Below are positions 50,310-63,902 of a DNA stretch of 64,000 bases, piece by piece; within the stretch, counting starts at the first letter, position 1, and every line of letters begins with the position of its first letter. This DNA comes from Squalus acanthias (Eukaryota), in contig CM059426.1 in NCBI GenBank assembly GCA_030390025.1, positions 5,394,001-5,458,000 on the forward strand, in the 5' to 3' direction. The translations under genes were made by a program, and so were the position numbers. The notes under the pieces were generated by a model. It ran no database searches. It saw only the letters and a list, made by a program, of their open reading frames with translations, and was not told where the DNA came from.

Positions 50310-50680
50310 ATATCATAGAACCATACAGCACCGAAGGAGGCCATTTGGCCCTTCGTGCCTATGCCGGCTCTTTCAAAGAGCTATCCAATTAGTCGCACTC
50401 CCCCTGCTCTTTCCCCTTAGCCCTGCAAATTTTTCCCCTTCAAGTATTTATCCAATTCACTGTTTACTACATTTCCGAGTTCCGTGTCATCTGCAAACTT
50501 TTGAAATTATTCCCTGTATGCCCAGGTCATTAATATATATCAGAAAGAGCAATCCCAACACTGAACCCTACGGGACACCACTGTATACTTCCCTCCAGTC
50601 TGAAAAACAACCGTCCACCACTACTCTCTGTTTTCTGTCTATTAGCCAATTTTGTATCCACTGCCCCTTTAACCCATGCT
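50310..50680 (-). mobile_element. CR1 fragments
   Basis: A CR1 3' tail joined to a GVP.GSVLG-region remnant. Confidence 0.75.
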
Positions 50681-51119
50681 TCAGATGTTGTGGTGCCTTT
50701 GCTCACTATCAGATGGACTGAGATTGCCTAAACCCACCCATCCCACCAGCCTGGGGTGGATTCAAAGCCAGGTCCCAGAGGCGAAAGACAGTGTGCTAAA
50801 TCTCTCCCTATTATAATATAATATAATATAATATTGACCTTGCCTTTCGGGAAAAGTGGATTCAAACATAAGAACATGTGGAAAAGGCCCAAGAAGCTGG
50901 AGGTGCTCTGTAAACTGAGGAATGTGTCATCATGTAAATGACCACATCTAAAAGTATGTAACTTTGTAGAAAGTTCAGGGATTAGGGCAAAATAACTGAC
51001 ATAAAATTGGGCAAATCACTTGGTAAATGTTTGTACTGCTGTAATGAGAACTTTCACCCGTGGCGAGCGTGACACATGGTAGCAGTATTCTTAGACCATG
51101 ATACACCTGGAATGGACTC

Positions 51120-54100
51120 TGACAAAACCTCCCCCTTCCATTTTGGGAGGAAGATTAAGGAGACGAAATGGTACAATTTTAAAGGGGATACAGGAACAGA
51201 GAGACCTTGGGGTTCACATAAATAAACCTTTGATGGTGGCAGGACAAGTTGATCAAGCGGTTATAAAAGCATATGGAATCCTTGGCTTTATAAATAGAGG
51301 CATTGAGTATAAAAGCAAGGAATATAGCTAAACCTTTATAAATCACTGGTTATGCCTCAACTTGAGTATTGTGCCCAATTCTGGGCATCAGACTTTAGGA
51401 GGATGTCAAGGCCTTGGAGAGGGTGAAGAGGAGATTTACCGGAATTATACCAGGGATGAGGGACTTCAGTTATGTGGAGAGACTAGAGAAGCTGTGATTG
51501 TTCTCCTTAGAACATAAGAACATAAGAAGTAGGAGCAGGAGTAGGCTATACAGCCCCTTGAGCCTGCTCCGCCATTCAATAAGATCATGGCTGATCATCG
51601 ACCTCAACTCCAATTTCCCGTCCGATCTCCATATCCCTTGATTCCCCTCGAGTCCAAATATCTATCTATCTCAGCCTTGAATATACTCAAAGACTCAGCA
51701 TTCACAGCCCTCTGGGGCAGAGAATTCCAAAGATTCACAACCCTCTGAGTGAAGAAATTCCTCCTCATCTCAGTCTTAAATGGCCTATCCCTTATCCTGA
51801 GACTATGCCCCCTAGTTCTAGACACTCCAGCCAGGGGAAACAACCTCTCAGCGTCTACCCTGTCAATCCCCTTCAGAATCTTGTATGTTTCAATGAGATC
51901 ACCTCTCATTCTTCTAAACCCCAGAGAGTATAGGCCCATTCTACACAATCTCTCATCATTGGACAGCCCTCTCATCCCAGGAATCAATCTAGTGAACCTT
52001 CGTTGCACCGCCTGCAAGGCAAGTATATCCTTCCTTAAATAAGGAGACCAAAACGGTGCACAGTACTTCAGGTGTGGTCTCACCAAGGCCCTGTACAATT
52101 GTAGCAAGACTTCCTTACTCTCATACTCCAACTCCCTTGTAATAAAGGCCAACATGCCATTTGCCTTCCTTATTGCTTGCTGTACCTGCATGCTAGCTTT
52201 CTGTGTTTCTTGCACGAGGACACCCAAATCTCTCTGAACACCAACATTTGAAAGTTTCTCACCATTTAAAAAAATATTCTGTTTCTCTATTCTTCCTACC
52301 AAAGTGAATAACCTCACATTTCCCTACATTATACTCCATCTGCCACCTTACAGCCCACTCACTTAGTCTATCTATATCCCTTTGCAGACTCTTTGTGTCC
52401 TCCTCACAGCTTACTGTACCACCTAGCTTTGTAACGTCAGCAAACTTGGATACATTACACTCGGTCCCTTCATCTAGGTTATTAATATAGATTGTGAATA
52501 GCTGAGGCCCCAACACTGATCCTTGTGGCACCCCACTGGTTACAACCTGCCAACCTGAAAAAGATCCGTTTATCCCTACTCTCTGTTTTCTGTCCGTTAA
52601 CATAGAAACATAGAAGATAGGAGCAGGAGTAGGCCATTCGGCCCCTCGAGCTTGCTCCACCATTCAATGCGATCATGGCATATCATCCAAATTCAGTACC
52701 CTGTCCCTGCTTTCTCCCCATATCCCTTGATCCCTTTAGCCTTAAGAAATATATCTAACTCCTTCTTGAATATATTTAATGAATTGGCCTCAACTGCCTT
52801 CTGTGGTAGAGAATTCCACAGGTTCACCACTCTCTGGGTGAAGAAATTCCTCCTCATCTCAGTCCTAAATGGCTTACCCCTTATCCTTAGACTGTGACCC
52901 CTGGTTCTAGACTACCCCGCCATCGGGAACATACTTCCTGCATCTAGTCTGTCTAGTCCTGTTAGAATTTTATAAGTTTCAATGAGATCCCCTCTCATTC
53001 TTCTAAACTCTAGCAAATACAAGCCCAATCTACCCAATCTCTCTTCATACGTCATTCCTGCCATCCCAGGTATCAGTTTGTTGAATCTTCGCTGCACTCT
53101 CTACATGAGCAAGAACATCCTTCCTCAGATAAGGCGACCAAAACTGCACACAATACTCAAGGTGTGGTCTCACCAAGGCCCTGTACAACTGCAGCAAGAC
53201 ATCCTTGTTCCTGTACTCAAACCCTCTCGCTATGAAGGCCAACATACCATTTGCCTTCTTAACCGCCTGCTGCACCTGCATGCTTACCTTCAGCGACTGG
53301 TGCACAAGGATACCCAGATTTCGTTGCACTTCCCCTTTTCCCAATCTATTGCCGTTCAGATAATAATCTGCCTTCCTGTTTTTGCCACCAAAGTTGATAA
53401 CCTCGCATTTATCCACATTATACTGCATCTGCCATGCATCTGCCCAATCACCCAACCTGTCCATATCATTCTGGAGTTTCTCTGCATCCTCCTCACAGCA
53501 CACACGCCCACCCAGCTTTGTGTCGTCTGCAAACTTGGAGATATTACATTTAGTTCCCTTGTCTAGATCATTTATATATATTGTGAATAACTGGGGTCCT
53601 AGCACCGATCCCTGCGGTACCCCACTAGTCACTGCCTGCCACTCGGAAAAAGACCCGTTTATTCCAACTCTTTGCTTCCTGTCTGCCAACCAGTTTTCTA
53701 TCCAAGACAGTACCTTACCCCCAATCCCGTGTGCTTTAACTTTGCATGCTAATCTCTTATGCGGAACCTTTTTGAAAGTCTTCTGAAAGTCCAAATACAC
53801 CACATCCACTGGTTCTCCCTTATCTATTCTACCAGTTACATCCTCAAAAAATTCCAGTAGATTAGTCAAGCATGATTTACCTTTTGTAAATCCATGTTGA
53901 CTTTGTCCGATCCTGTCACTGTTTTCCAAGTGCTCTGCTATTACATCTTTTATAATGGCCTCTGGCATTTTCCCCACTACCGATGTCAGGCTTACCGGTC
54001 TATAATTCCCCCTTTTCTCTCTACCACCTTTTTTAAATAGTGGGGTTACATTAGCTACCCTCCAATCCATGGGAACTGTTCCAGAGTCCATAGAATTTTG

Positions 54101-56070
54101 GAAGATGACCAGTAATGCATCTACTATTTCTAGGGCCACTTCCTTAAGTACCCTAGGATGTAGATTATCAGGCCCTGGGGATTTATCGGCCTTCAATCCC
54201 GTCAATTTCCCTAACACCATTTCCCTACAAATACTGATTTCATTCAGTTCCTCCCTCTCATTAGACCCTATGTTCTCATTAGACCCTATGTAACCAATCC
54301 TCTATCCATGCTACTATATTACCCCCAACCCCATGAGCCCATATCTTGTGTAATAACCTTTTATGTGGCACCTTATAGAGCAGAGAAGGTTAATGCGAGG
54401 TTTAATAGAGGTGCTCAAGATTATGAGAGGTTTTGATGGAGTAAATAAGGGGAAACTGTTTTTACTGGTGGGTCGGTTAGTAACCAGAGGACACAAATTT
54501 AAGATAATTGGCAAAGAATCAAAGAGGAGATGAGGAGAAAATATTTTTACGCAGCAAGTGGTTGTGATCTGGAATGCACTGCCTGAAAGGATGATGGAAG
54601 CAGATTCGATAGTAACGTTCAAAAGGGATTTGGATAAATACCTGAAAAGGAAATGCTTGCAGGGCTATGGGGAAAGAGTGGGGTGTGGGATGAATTGGAT
54701 AGCTCTTTCAAAGAACCGGCACATGCACGATGAGCCGAATGACCTCTTTCTGTAATATTCTATGATTCCCAATGAAGTGTGACTGTCCATAAGAACATAA
54801 GACGAAGGAGCAGGAGTAGGTCATTTGGCCCCTCGAGCCTGCTCCGCCATTCAATGAGATCATGGCTGATCTGATCTTGGCCTCAACTCCACTTCCCTGC
54901 CCGCTCCCCATAACCCTTGACTCCCTTACCTTTCAAAAATCTGTCTATCTCCACCTTAAATATATTCAATGACCCAGCCTCCACAGCTCTCTGGGGAAGA
55001 GAATTCCAAAGATTCACGACTCTCTGAGAGAAGAAATTCCTCCTCATTTCCGATTTAAATGGGTGCCCCCTTATTCTGAAATTCTGTCCCCTAGTTCTAG
55101 ATTCCCCCACGAGGGGAAACATCCTCTCTGCATCTACCCTGTCAAGCCCCTTCTGAATCTTATATGTTTCAATAAGATCCCCTCTCATTCTTCTAAACTC
55201 CAATGAGTATAGGCCCAACCTGCTCAACCTTTCTTCATAAGAAAACCCCTTCATCTCTGGAATCAACCTCGTGAACCTTCTCTGAACTGCCTCCAATGCA
55301 AGTATATCCTTCCTTAAAAAAGGAGACCAAAACTGTACACAGTACTCCAGGTGTGGTCTCACCAACGCCCTGTACAGTTGTAACAGGACTTCCCTACTTT
55401 TATACTCCATTCCCTTTGCAATAAAGGCAAACACTCCATTTGCCTTCCTAATTACCTGCTGTACCTGCATGCTAACTTTTTGTGGTTCATGTACAAGGAC
55501 CCTCAGATCCCTCTGTAACTCAGCATTTTGTAATCTCTCTCCATTTAAATAATAATTTGCTTTTTTATTTTTCCTACCAATGTGGATAACCTCGCATTTT
55601 CCTATATTAAACTCCATCTGCCAGATTTTTGCCCATTCACTTAGCCTATCTATACCGCTTTGGAGATTCTTTGCGTCCTCCACACAATTTGCTTTCCCAC
55701 CTAACTTTGTATCATCAGCAAATTTGGCTACATTACATTCGGTCCCTTCATCCAAGTCATTAATATAGATTGTGAATAGTTGAGGCCCCAGCACTGATCC
55801 CTGTGGCACCGCACTAGTTGCAGTTTGCCAACCTGAAAATTACCCATTTATCCCGACTCTCTGTTTTCTGTTAGTTAGCCAATCCTCTATCCATGCTAAT
55901 ATATTACCCCCAACCCCGTGAGCTCTTATCTTGTATAGTAACCTTCTTTGTGGCACCTTATCGAATGCCTTCTGGAAATCCAAATACACTACATCTACTG
56001 GTTCCCCTTGATCCACCCTGCTCGTTACATCCTCAAAGAACTCCAGCAAATTTGTCAAACATGATTTCCT
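51120..56070. mobile_element. Cluster of nested CR1 copies upstream of PSTPIP2
   Basis: Copies at 51120-51510(+), 51510-52597(-) resuming at ~54291-54375, 52598-54290(-), 54375-54770(+) and 54788-56070(-). All have standard CR1 RT motifs and tails. Confidence 0.93.
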
Positions 56071-56144
56071 ACCCTATCTCTGTAATCTCCTCCAGTAACA
56101 CAACCACCGTCCACCCGCCCTCCCCCCCCCCCCCCCACCCCACC

Positions 56145-56450
56145 CCAAGATTTCTGCGCTCCTCCAATTCTGGCCTCCATTGATGGCCGTGCCTTCAGCT
56201 GCCAAGGCCCTAAGCTCTGGAATTCCCTCCCTAAACCTCTCCGCCTCGCTACCTCTCTTTCCTCCTTTAAGACGCTCCTGAAAACCTACCTCTTTCCCTG
56301 CCCTAATATCTCCTTATCTGGCTCGATGTCAATGTTCCTGCTAAGCTGCGTGGCCCCCACGCAGGCCGCTCACTGGCTTTTACATTGTAAGTACCGCGCA
56401 TGCGTTAAAGGCGCTATATAAATACAATGTTGTTGTTGTTGTTGTTGTTC
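56145..56450 (+). mobile_element. L2 3' end with embedded hAT-MITE fragment
   Basis: Ends GTTAAAGGCGCTATATAAATACAA(TGT)n. Confidence 0.8.
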
Positions 56451-56642
56451 TGAAATGGTTTTAGGTATTAGAGACTCAATACTTGCACCACCTTTGTGCC
56501 ATATTTCTTAAACAGTTTAAAAAAATCCAAAACTTAAGTCTACCCAATATTATGTCTTTATTCTACTTTTTATTAGATTGATTGGGTGCTCTATCCAATC
56601 ACCAAAAGTTACTGACTCGGGGCAGCTGGGTGAAGGATCATT

Positions 56643-57533
56643 GGGGGAGAAATTCAGTATCGCCCCATTTGGGGCGCAATTATCGGCTGGGCGCAAAGTT
56701 TAGCGCCTGGCGCTAATTATCGCCTCTGACTGCAAACTTGACTTCTATCGCCCCTGGAGGTGATTGGAGCGCTAAATCAGGCGCTACACATCTGTCTTAA
56801 GGCGCAAAGGCTGAGGAGCGAGGCGCTACCTCAGAGTGCTGGCGAAGCTCATGTGATGTCAGTTAGCAATGGAACACAGACACACTGGCGCCGGCCAGTT
56901 CTTAAAGGGGAGGGTTAATCTTGCTCTCCATCCACACCTTGCTCATTGCAGCCTTGAATCTCAGCCTGGAGAGACCTGGACATCAATTCTGCTGGAAAGA
57001 ACAATGGAGAGGCCCAGGGAAAGAGTTCAGAGTGCAGCCCACATAGTCTCTTCTAAATCGATGCAAGGAAGGTCAAATCAAAATGAACTTGCAAAGTGCT
57101 GCTCAGTACCCAAAACTCCTTCACACAGCGTTGAATCTCTCCAGAAGTCTCTCTCTCTCTCTCAGAATGCGTGTTGCAAAGATGTCGCCGACAAAAAAAG
57201 GCAGAAAGTGGCCGCCTTTAAATAGCGCTCCCCCAGTCCCTTCCTGACTGCAAAACATTCCCCTCTACCTGTTGTTGCTAGCGGCAGGTGGAAAGGCAGG
57301 GGGCGCCACTCAATATCTAGTCCGGGGCGCTCCCGGGGCATTGCACGCTCGACTGACATCACGATCTGCGGGCGCAGGAGATCATGGCGGTAGTGTTTAG
57401 CACCGCCGCCAAATGTCTGGTTAATTTTGCGAGCGGCGCAAACATCGCTGCGCCCGGGCGCTAGTTGCTTTGTGCCCCGTTAGCGCCCTCTTAGGGTACT
57501 AACGGGAGGCGCTAATCAACCGAATTTTCCCCC
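56643..57533. mobile_element. MITE family B, copy 2
   Basis: GGGGGAGAAATTC ... GAATTTTCCCCC with TSD ATT/ATT. Confidence 0.9.
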
Positions 57534-59404
57534 ATTCTATTTAAAAAGGCACTAGGACCCTGCAGAATTCTGGCGGGTTGGTTGGTATGCAACGTCTGCA
57601 TTACATCACTCAAGTTGATACAAAAATATGTTGCTGGGGGCTTAACTGTGCCCGACCTTGCCCTTCACACTAAAATAAATCACAGTAAAGTGAATAAATA
57701 AAATGGGGAGAATTTTTAAATATACAGGGATTGAATAATATGTGCATTTATAACACTGTCCATCCACTTATGAAACCTGGGTTAAAGTCAGGATACAATA
57801 ACATAAGAATGTTCAACTCTTTCCCTCTGCATGTATTTACAGGAATATATGTGTTGTGTCTCTGCCTGCATCTGTGTGTATCTCTCTCTTGCTCCTTCTG
57901 TATTCTTGTATAAAAAAAAATTTGTGTGTCTCTGTTTCTGTGTTTCTCTTGTTTTCTCTCTGACCAGACTCGTTCTCCGACTGTCTCAAACACTTTGTGG
58001 ATATTTCTTAGTGTGAACTTCCTCTTCCCCTTCCCCCCTCCATTAATGGAAAAAAAATGGCTTTACATTTGGATTTAAAGCAGAAGAGTAAACTGCCACA
58101 TATTTGGAACAATGATTATTTGTTAAAAAGTAACAAAAAACACACAAATCCCAAAGAACCTGGATCCGACCCAATGCCGATTCAGACACCGTTCGTGACA
58201 GCCTTAGGCAAAACCTAGTCAGGGCCCTTCTATTTGCTGCCTCTAAATACATCCCATTGCATTAAAGAAATACTTGCATTTATATAGCACCTTTCGTGAC
58301 CTCAGGATGTTCCAAAGCGCTTCACAGCCAAATAAGTACTTTAGAAGTGTAATCGCTGTTGTAATGTAATCAGCAGCCCATTTGCACAGAGCAAGGTACG
58401 CAAACAGCAATGAGATAACGATCAGATAATCTGTTTTAGTGATGTTGGTTGAGGGATAAATATTGGCAAGGACACCGGGGGCGGGGAGGGGGGGGGGGAG
58501 AAATCCCCTGCTCTTCTTTGAAATCGTGCCAGGGGATCTTTTCGTCCACCTGAAATATTGAATGAAATATGTCTCTTTCATTAGAGACCTTTACAAGTGT
58601 TTGGCGCACTCAACAGAAATAACATGAGAACGTGCGAAATGGGTCAGTCTCACTCCAGTTCCGAGTTGCCATGAATTCACTCACGAAATAGTTAATCCTA
58701 CTCAGACAGACTGTTGGGATTACTGGGTGGATAATTGATGTTTTTCTGAAGTTGAGGGTGAAGCATATGCAAGGGCAGAGTACAAGAGAGATACTCTGCA
58801 TCTAATCTGTGCTATATTTGACCTGAGGGTGTATTGGGTGTAACAAGAGGATAAAGCCAGAGGCAGAGACAGAAGTCTTACATAAAACTGGTAGTTGTGA
58901 TTGCCTGGGAGAGTAGAAAGCCTTGGAATAACTATGCAGGTGGCCAGGGGGGCGATAGACTTCCCGCTGCCTAATGGACATTGCAGCAACTTGGTTCAGC
59001 AACTGCTGCACTTACACAATTCTGCATTCAAGGGGAAGGGTTCATCACCTGGGTAGGTGACGGCTGTGTCTGGCAAATGGACTGGAGAAATGGCATTTGG
59101 TACTTTGCTGCTGTATTCTGTAAAGACGTTTTGGATTGATACAGAATATTCAGCAGCAACCATAGCAGCCCCTGTGTTTTTGGCATAAACATGACGATCT
59201 GGTTTAGGTGCTGCCATGTTGCTACTTGAACCACAGTCTTCCAGCCTGGCTGCACCTATTCAATGTCCTAGATGCTGACATGGAGCAGCCCATTCTCATC
59301 CAAACCACTGGTCTCCATGACTTTGGACTGTATTGAATGCAGGAGCAAGAGCTGTTTTCTTCTGCAGCCTACCAAAGAGAGGTGCAATATTCCATCACTG
59401 AGCA

Positions 59405-59592
59405 GATACAAATTATGTAGAATATGGAAACAAACTATATAGAATACAGAAACAAACTATGGAGAATACAGAAACAAACTATGTAGAATACAGAAACAAA
59501 CTATGTAGAATACAGAAACAAACTATGGAGAATACAGAAACAAACTATATAAAATACAGAAACAGACTATATAGAATACAGAAACAAACTAT
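59405..59592. repeat. 22-bp A-rich minisatellite (~8 units)
   Basis: Unit AGAATACAGAAACAAACTAT(GG/GT/AT). Confidence 0.93.
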
Positions 59593-62500
59593 GCAAATAG
59601 TAATGGTTCTTGAGGATTCTCACTCTTCTTTACATATCCCAGCATAACTTGGATGTGATTACTAAGTGGATGCTCTTCTGAAATGAAGGGTGTGGCACAT
59701 TATTAGGACAGAATACAGAAGGATTTACTCTGCATCTAATCTGTGATATAACTGACATAATGTTTTTTTATATATTTGGGCATAACAACAGAGAGAAGCC
59801 AGAGGCAATTGTGACAGACAGAGTTATAATTGCTCGGGAGCATAGAAACATTTGTAGAAATTGTGCTGGGCTACCAAGACGCAGCAACTTTTCCATTGTC
59901 TAATGAACTTTCCAACATCCTTAGTTTAGCAACTGCTGGCTATCTCTGCATTTATACTTCTGAATACATTGATGCAGGGTGGTGTGGACGCTGCGGCCTC
60001 TGTATATGGTTTGTAACAATTAGGGAGGAGAGATTGTAGGACAGCATGACGGTTCATCTTCCTTGTCTGCCCTCTCAGGTGGACGTAAAAGATCCCATGG
60101 CACTATTTCGAAGAAGGCAGGGGAGTTATCCCTGGAGTCCTAGTCAATATTTATCCCTCAATCAACAAAACAAAAACATTTTACCTGGTCATTATCTCAT
60201 TGCTGTTTCTGGGAGTCTTGCTGTGCGCAAATTGGCTGCCGCGTTTCCTACATTACAACAGTGACTACACTTCAAAAGTACTTCATTGACTGTAAAGCGC
60301 TTTGGGATGTCTGGTAATCGTGAAAGGCGCTATATAAATGCAAGTCTTTCCTTCTTTCTTTCTTTAATGGAGTTACTAACTTGGACTTCTCAGCGTTCAG
60401 AGATAACCCACCATTTGTCTGCCTATTGTCCAATGTTGTCTGTATCTGTAGTTCAGATGCTTTTAGACAGTGGTGTCATAAACTACTGCGGTTCTAATAT
60501 TAGATACATGACCAGCATATGAAGGAAGACAGCTTGCTCTATTATGAAATAAAAGGGTAAGTGTAAACAGAAAAGCATTTTAATAGGTGACTACAATCAA
60601 CCAAATATATACACAAATGGTTCAAAATGATCCTGAGCATCAGGGAAACCACAAAAATGCAGACCTCATCTTGCTCTGGTAGTGATACATGGCCTGGAAC
60701 ACACACAGGAAGGTACGCTGATGAGGTAATGACGACTGAATGATCCAGTTCAATATAATCTGTGTTTCAGAAATACTGAGGACCAGGAGCCAGGTATATA
60801 ATCTCAAGAGGGTTAACTTCAAGGAAACGAGGGATAGCATCATAGAATGGTTACAGCACAGAAGGAGGCTCATCTTAAACAAGTTGATTGGCATAGTTTG
60901 TTCAAAACACTTCAACAACAACAACAACTTGCATTTATATAGCGCCTTTAACATAGTAAAATGTAGAGAACAAGTGAGATACCTTTGAAGGCATAACACA
61001 TACCTATGAAGAAATGTAAACTAAATAAGTAGGGCTCTAAATGGATGAGCAAGAATATCAAAAGTGAAATAAGGAAAAAGAATAACTCTATAAATCATGT
61101 TACATAGAAACATAGAAGATAGGAACAGGAGTAGGCCATTCGGCCCCTCGAGCCTGCTCCGCCATTCGATGAGATCATGGCTGATCATCCAAACTCAGTA
61201 CCCTGTACCTGCCTTCTCCCCATATCCCTTGTAAGAAAGGTGATGGAGCTCACTCGAATGGAGCTCACTCGAATGAATATTAGAACTTGGGCCTGTTATT
61301 TGGGCCTAGTCCCTACCAGCTTCAGCTGCTTCCTCGATGACCTTCCCTCCATCATAAGGTCAGAAGTGGGGCTGTTCGCTGATGATTGCACAGTGTTCAG
61401 TGCCATTCGCAACTCCTCAGATAATGAAGCTGACCATGCTCTCATGCAGCAAGACCTGGACAACATCCAGGTTTGGGCTGATAAACGGTAAGTAACATTT
61501 GCCAGGCAAGTGCCAGGCACTGGGCTGGGCTGGGCTGGGCCAGTGCCAGTGCTGTTAGGCTACAATTCATTAAAGAAATTTCCCTCAGCTTCATATTTCC
61601 TGGGGAAATTGAAAAGTTACCGAGCAAGTAAATAACAAATTTAAATTGTCTGCAAAAGTCGAGAGTCCAAACAAAAAATTGTGAACAGGCAGCAAGTGTG
61701 GCTCAAGTACAGAATCTTTAGGGCAGTGTGAAAGATTACTGCGGTTCAGTGTGTGAAATGAAAGTGACTTGTTCATTTATAGCCAATGGCTGCTGCACAC
61801 ATCACAGACCAGTCAGGCCTCACTCACTGGGGTTCATCTTGACTTTGTGCGATATTCTAAAACGGGTGATAGCGAGTCGGCAGAGATTGGGAGAGATGTA
61901 AAATGGGCTGCCGACTCACTGTCATCCGTTTTACACCATCTCACTCATTTTGGTTTAAAAATGTGTGACATTTTACTATATCACTTCTAAAAATAGGCAC
62001 AGCTCCATTTAGAGAGGTTTGAAATTGCTGTCACTCCTGACTGCTCCACAAACTTTTGTAAAGACTGAACCCCCCCCGCCCCCCCCCCAGTTACCATCCT
62101 GAGTTCAGGTCCACCTAAGAGTCATCTCTCCCTTCGAACTTGCTGCTATGCTCCAACTCCACTTCAAATTCATTTTGAGGAAATCTGATTCAAAGTTCTG
62201 CAGCCTCTGGGTTGCTAGGTTACACTATCGTGGTTATATTTTAATAATAAATTTTGCAATATTTTGGCAGTGCCTTGCAGCGTGATGTTTCCCCTGGGCC
62301 AAATAAAACTTTTGAAAAAATTAAATGTTATTGTTGTTTTGAACAGGAATGTGACAAAGGGTGATAAACAGCCCTTTCATCTCGGCCATTTAACAATTTT
62401 TTTGCATCCACCTTGTTATACTGGGGTCAACATTCCACTGGCCTTCCACCATTACCCTGGTGGAGTTCTGGTTGAGCACCCAGGAAAATGATGAAGACCC

Positions 62501-63221
62501 AGTTTGGTTTGGTCTCCTCCATTTTCAGGAGCTTCCTCTTTGACTTCCATCTGCCCTTTGCAAGGCAAATGATGGTGAAGGGGCAGAACCAGGGCCGGAG
62601 CCTCCTTAAAATAAGGAGTCCCTGCCCCTGGACCTGGAAGGGAACCAATCATTGTAGTGGCGTAAGTGGGCCCCACCAGTAGGGCCCAGGCCTGGCAAGC
62701 TGCCTCAAAGCAAGACAGCGCGATCTGAGGCAGAGGAAGGCAATGTGGGTTGGCATTGGGCAAAGCAGCGTGGTGTGCTGTGGGGTGAGGGATGGCACAG
62801 GGTGAAACAGCATGGGGTAGCATCATGCAAGGCAGTGCGAGCTGGCAACATGAGAGGAAGTCTGTAGTTGCAGCATGGAAAGAAAGAAAAGAAGAAAGAC
62901 TTTCACAACCTCAGGACGTCCCGAAGCGCTTTTCAGCCAATGAAGTACATTTTGAAGTGCAGTCACTGTTGCAATGTAGAAAACGCGGCAGCCAATTTGT
63001 GCACAGCAAGGTCCCACAAACAGCAATGTGATACTGACCAGACAATCTGTTTTAGTGATGTTGGTTGAGGGATTAATATTGGCCAGGACACCAGGGATAC
63101 CTTCTTTGAAATAGTGCCTTTTACTTCCAGGTGAGTTCTCGGTTTAACGGCACCTCCAACAGTGCAGCACTCCTTCAGTACTAGGAGTGTCAGCCTAGAA
63201 TCTTGTGCTCAAGTCTCTAGA

Positions 63222-63902
63222 GTGGGTGTGTGCGGAGACTCACACTGGGTGTGTGCGGAGACTCACACTGGGTGTGTGCGGAGACTCACACTGGGTGTGT
63301 GCGGAGACTCACACTGGGTGTGGAGACTCACACTGGGTGTGTACGGAGACTCACACTGGGTGTGGAGACTCACACTGGGTGCGGAGACTCACACTGGGTG
63401 TGTGCGGAGACTCACACTGGGTGCGGAGACTCACACTGGGTGCGGAGACTCACACTGGGTGTGTGCGGAGACTCACACTGGGTGCGGAGACTCACACTGG
63501 GTGTGTGCGGAGACTCACACTGGGTGTGGAGACTCACACTGGGTGTGTGCGGAGACTCACACTGGGTGTGTGGAGACTCACACTGGGTGTGTGCGGAGAC
63601 TCACACTGGGTGTGGAGACTCACACTGGGTGTGTGCGGAGACTCACACTGGGTGTGTACGGAGACTCACACTGGGTGTGGAGACTCACACTGGGTGTGGA
63701 GACTCACACTGGGTGCGGAGACTCACACTGGGTGCGGAGACTCACACTGGGTGTGTGCGGAGACTCACACTGGGTGTGGAGACTCACACTGGGTGTGTGC
63801 GAAGACTCACACTGTGTGCGGAGACTCACACTGGGTGTGTGCGGAGACTCACACTGGGTGTGGAGACTCATACTGGGTGCGGAGACTCACACTGGGTGCG
63901 GA
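63222..63902. repeat. Variable-unit minisatellite (19/21/23 bp), roughly 30 units
   Basis: Core GAGACTCACACTGG followed by GTGCG, GTGTG or GTGTGTGCG. Confidence 0.97.
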
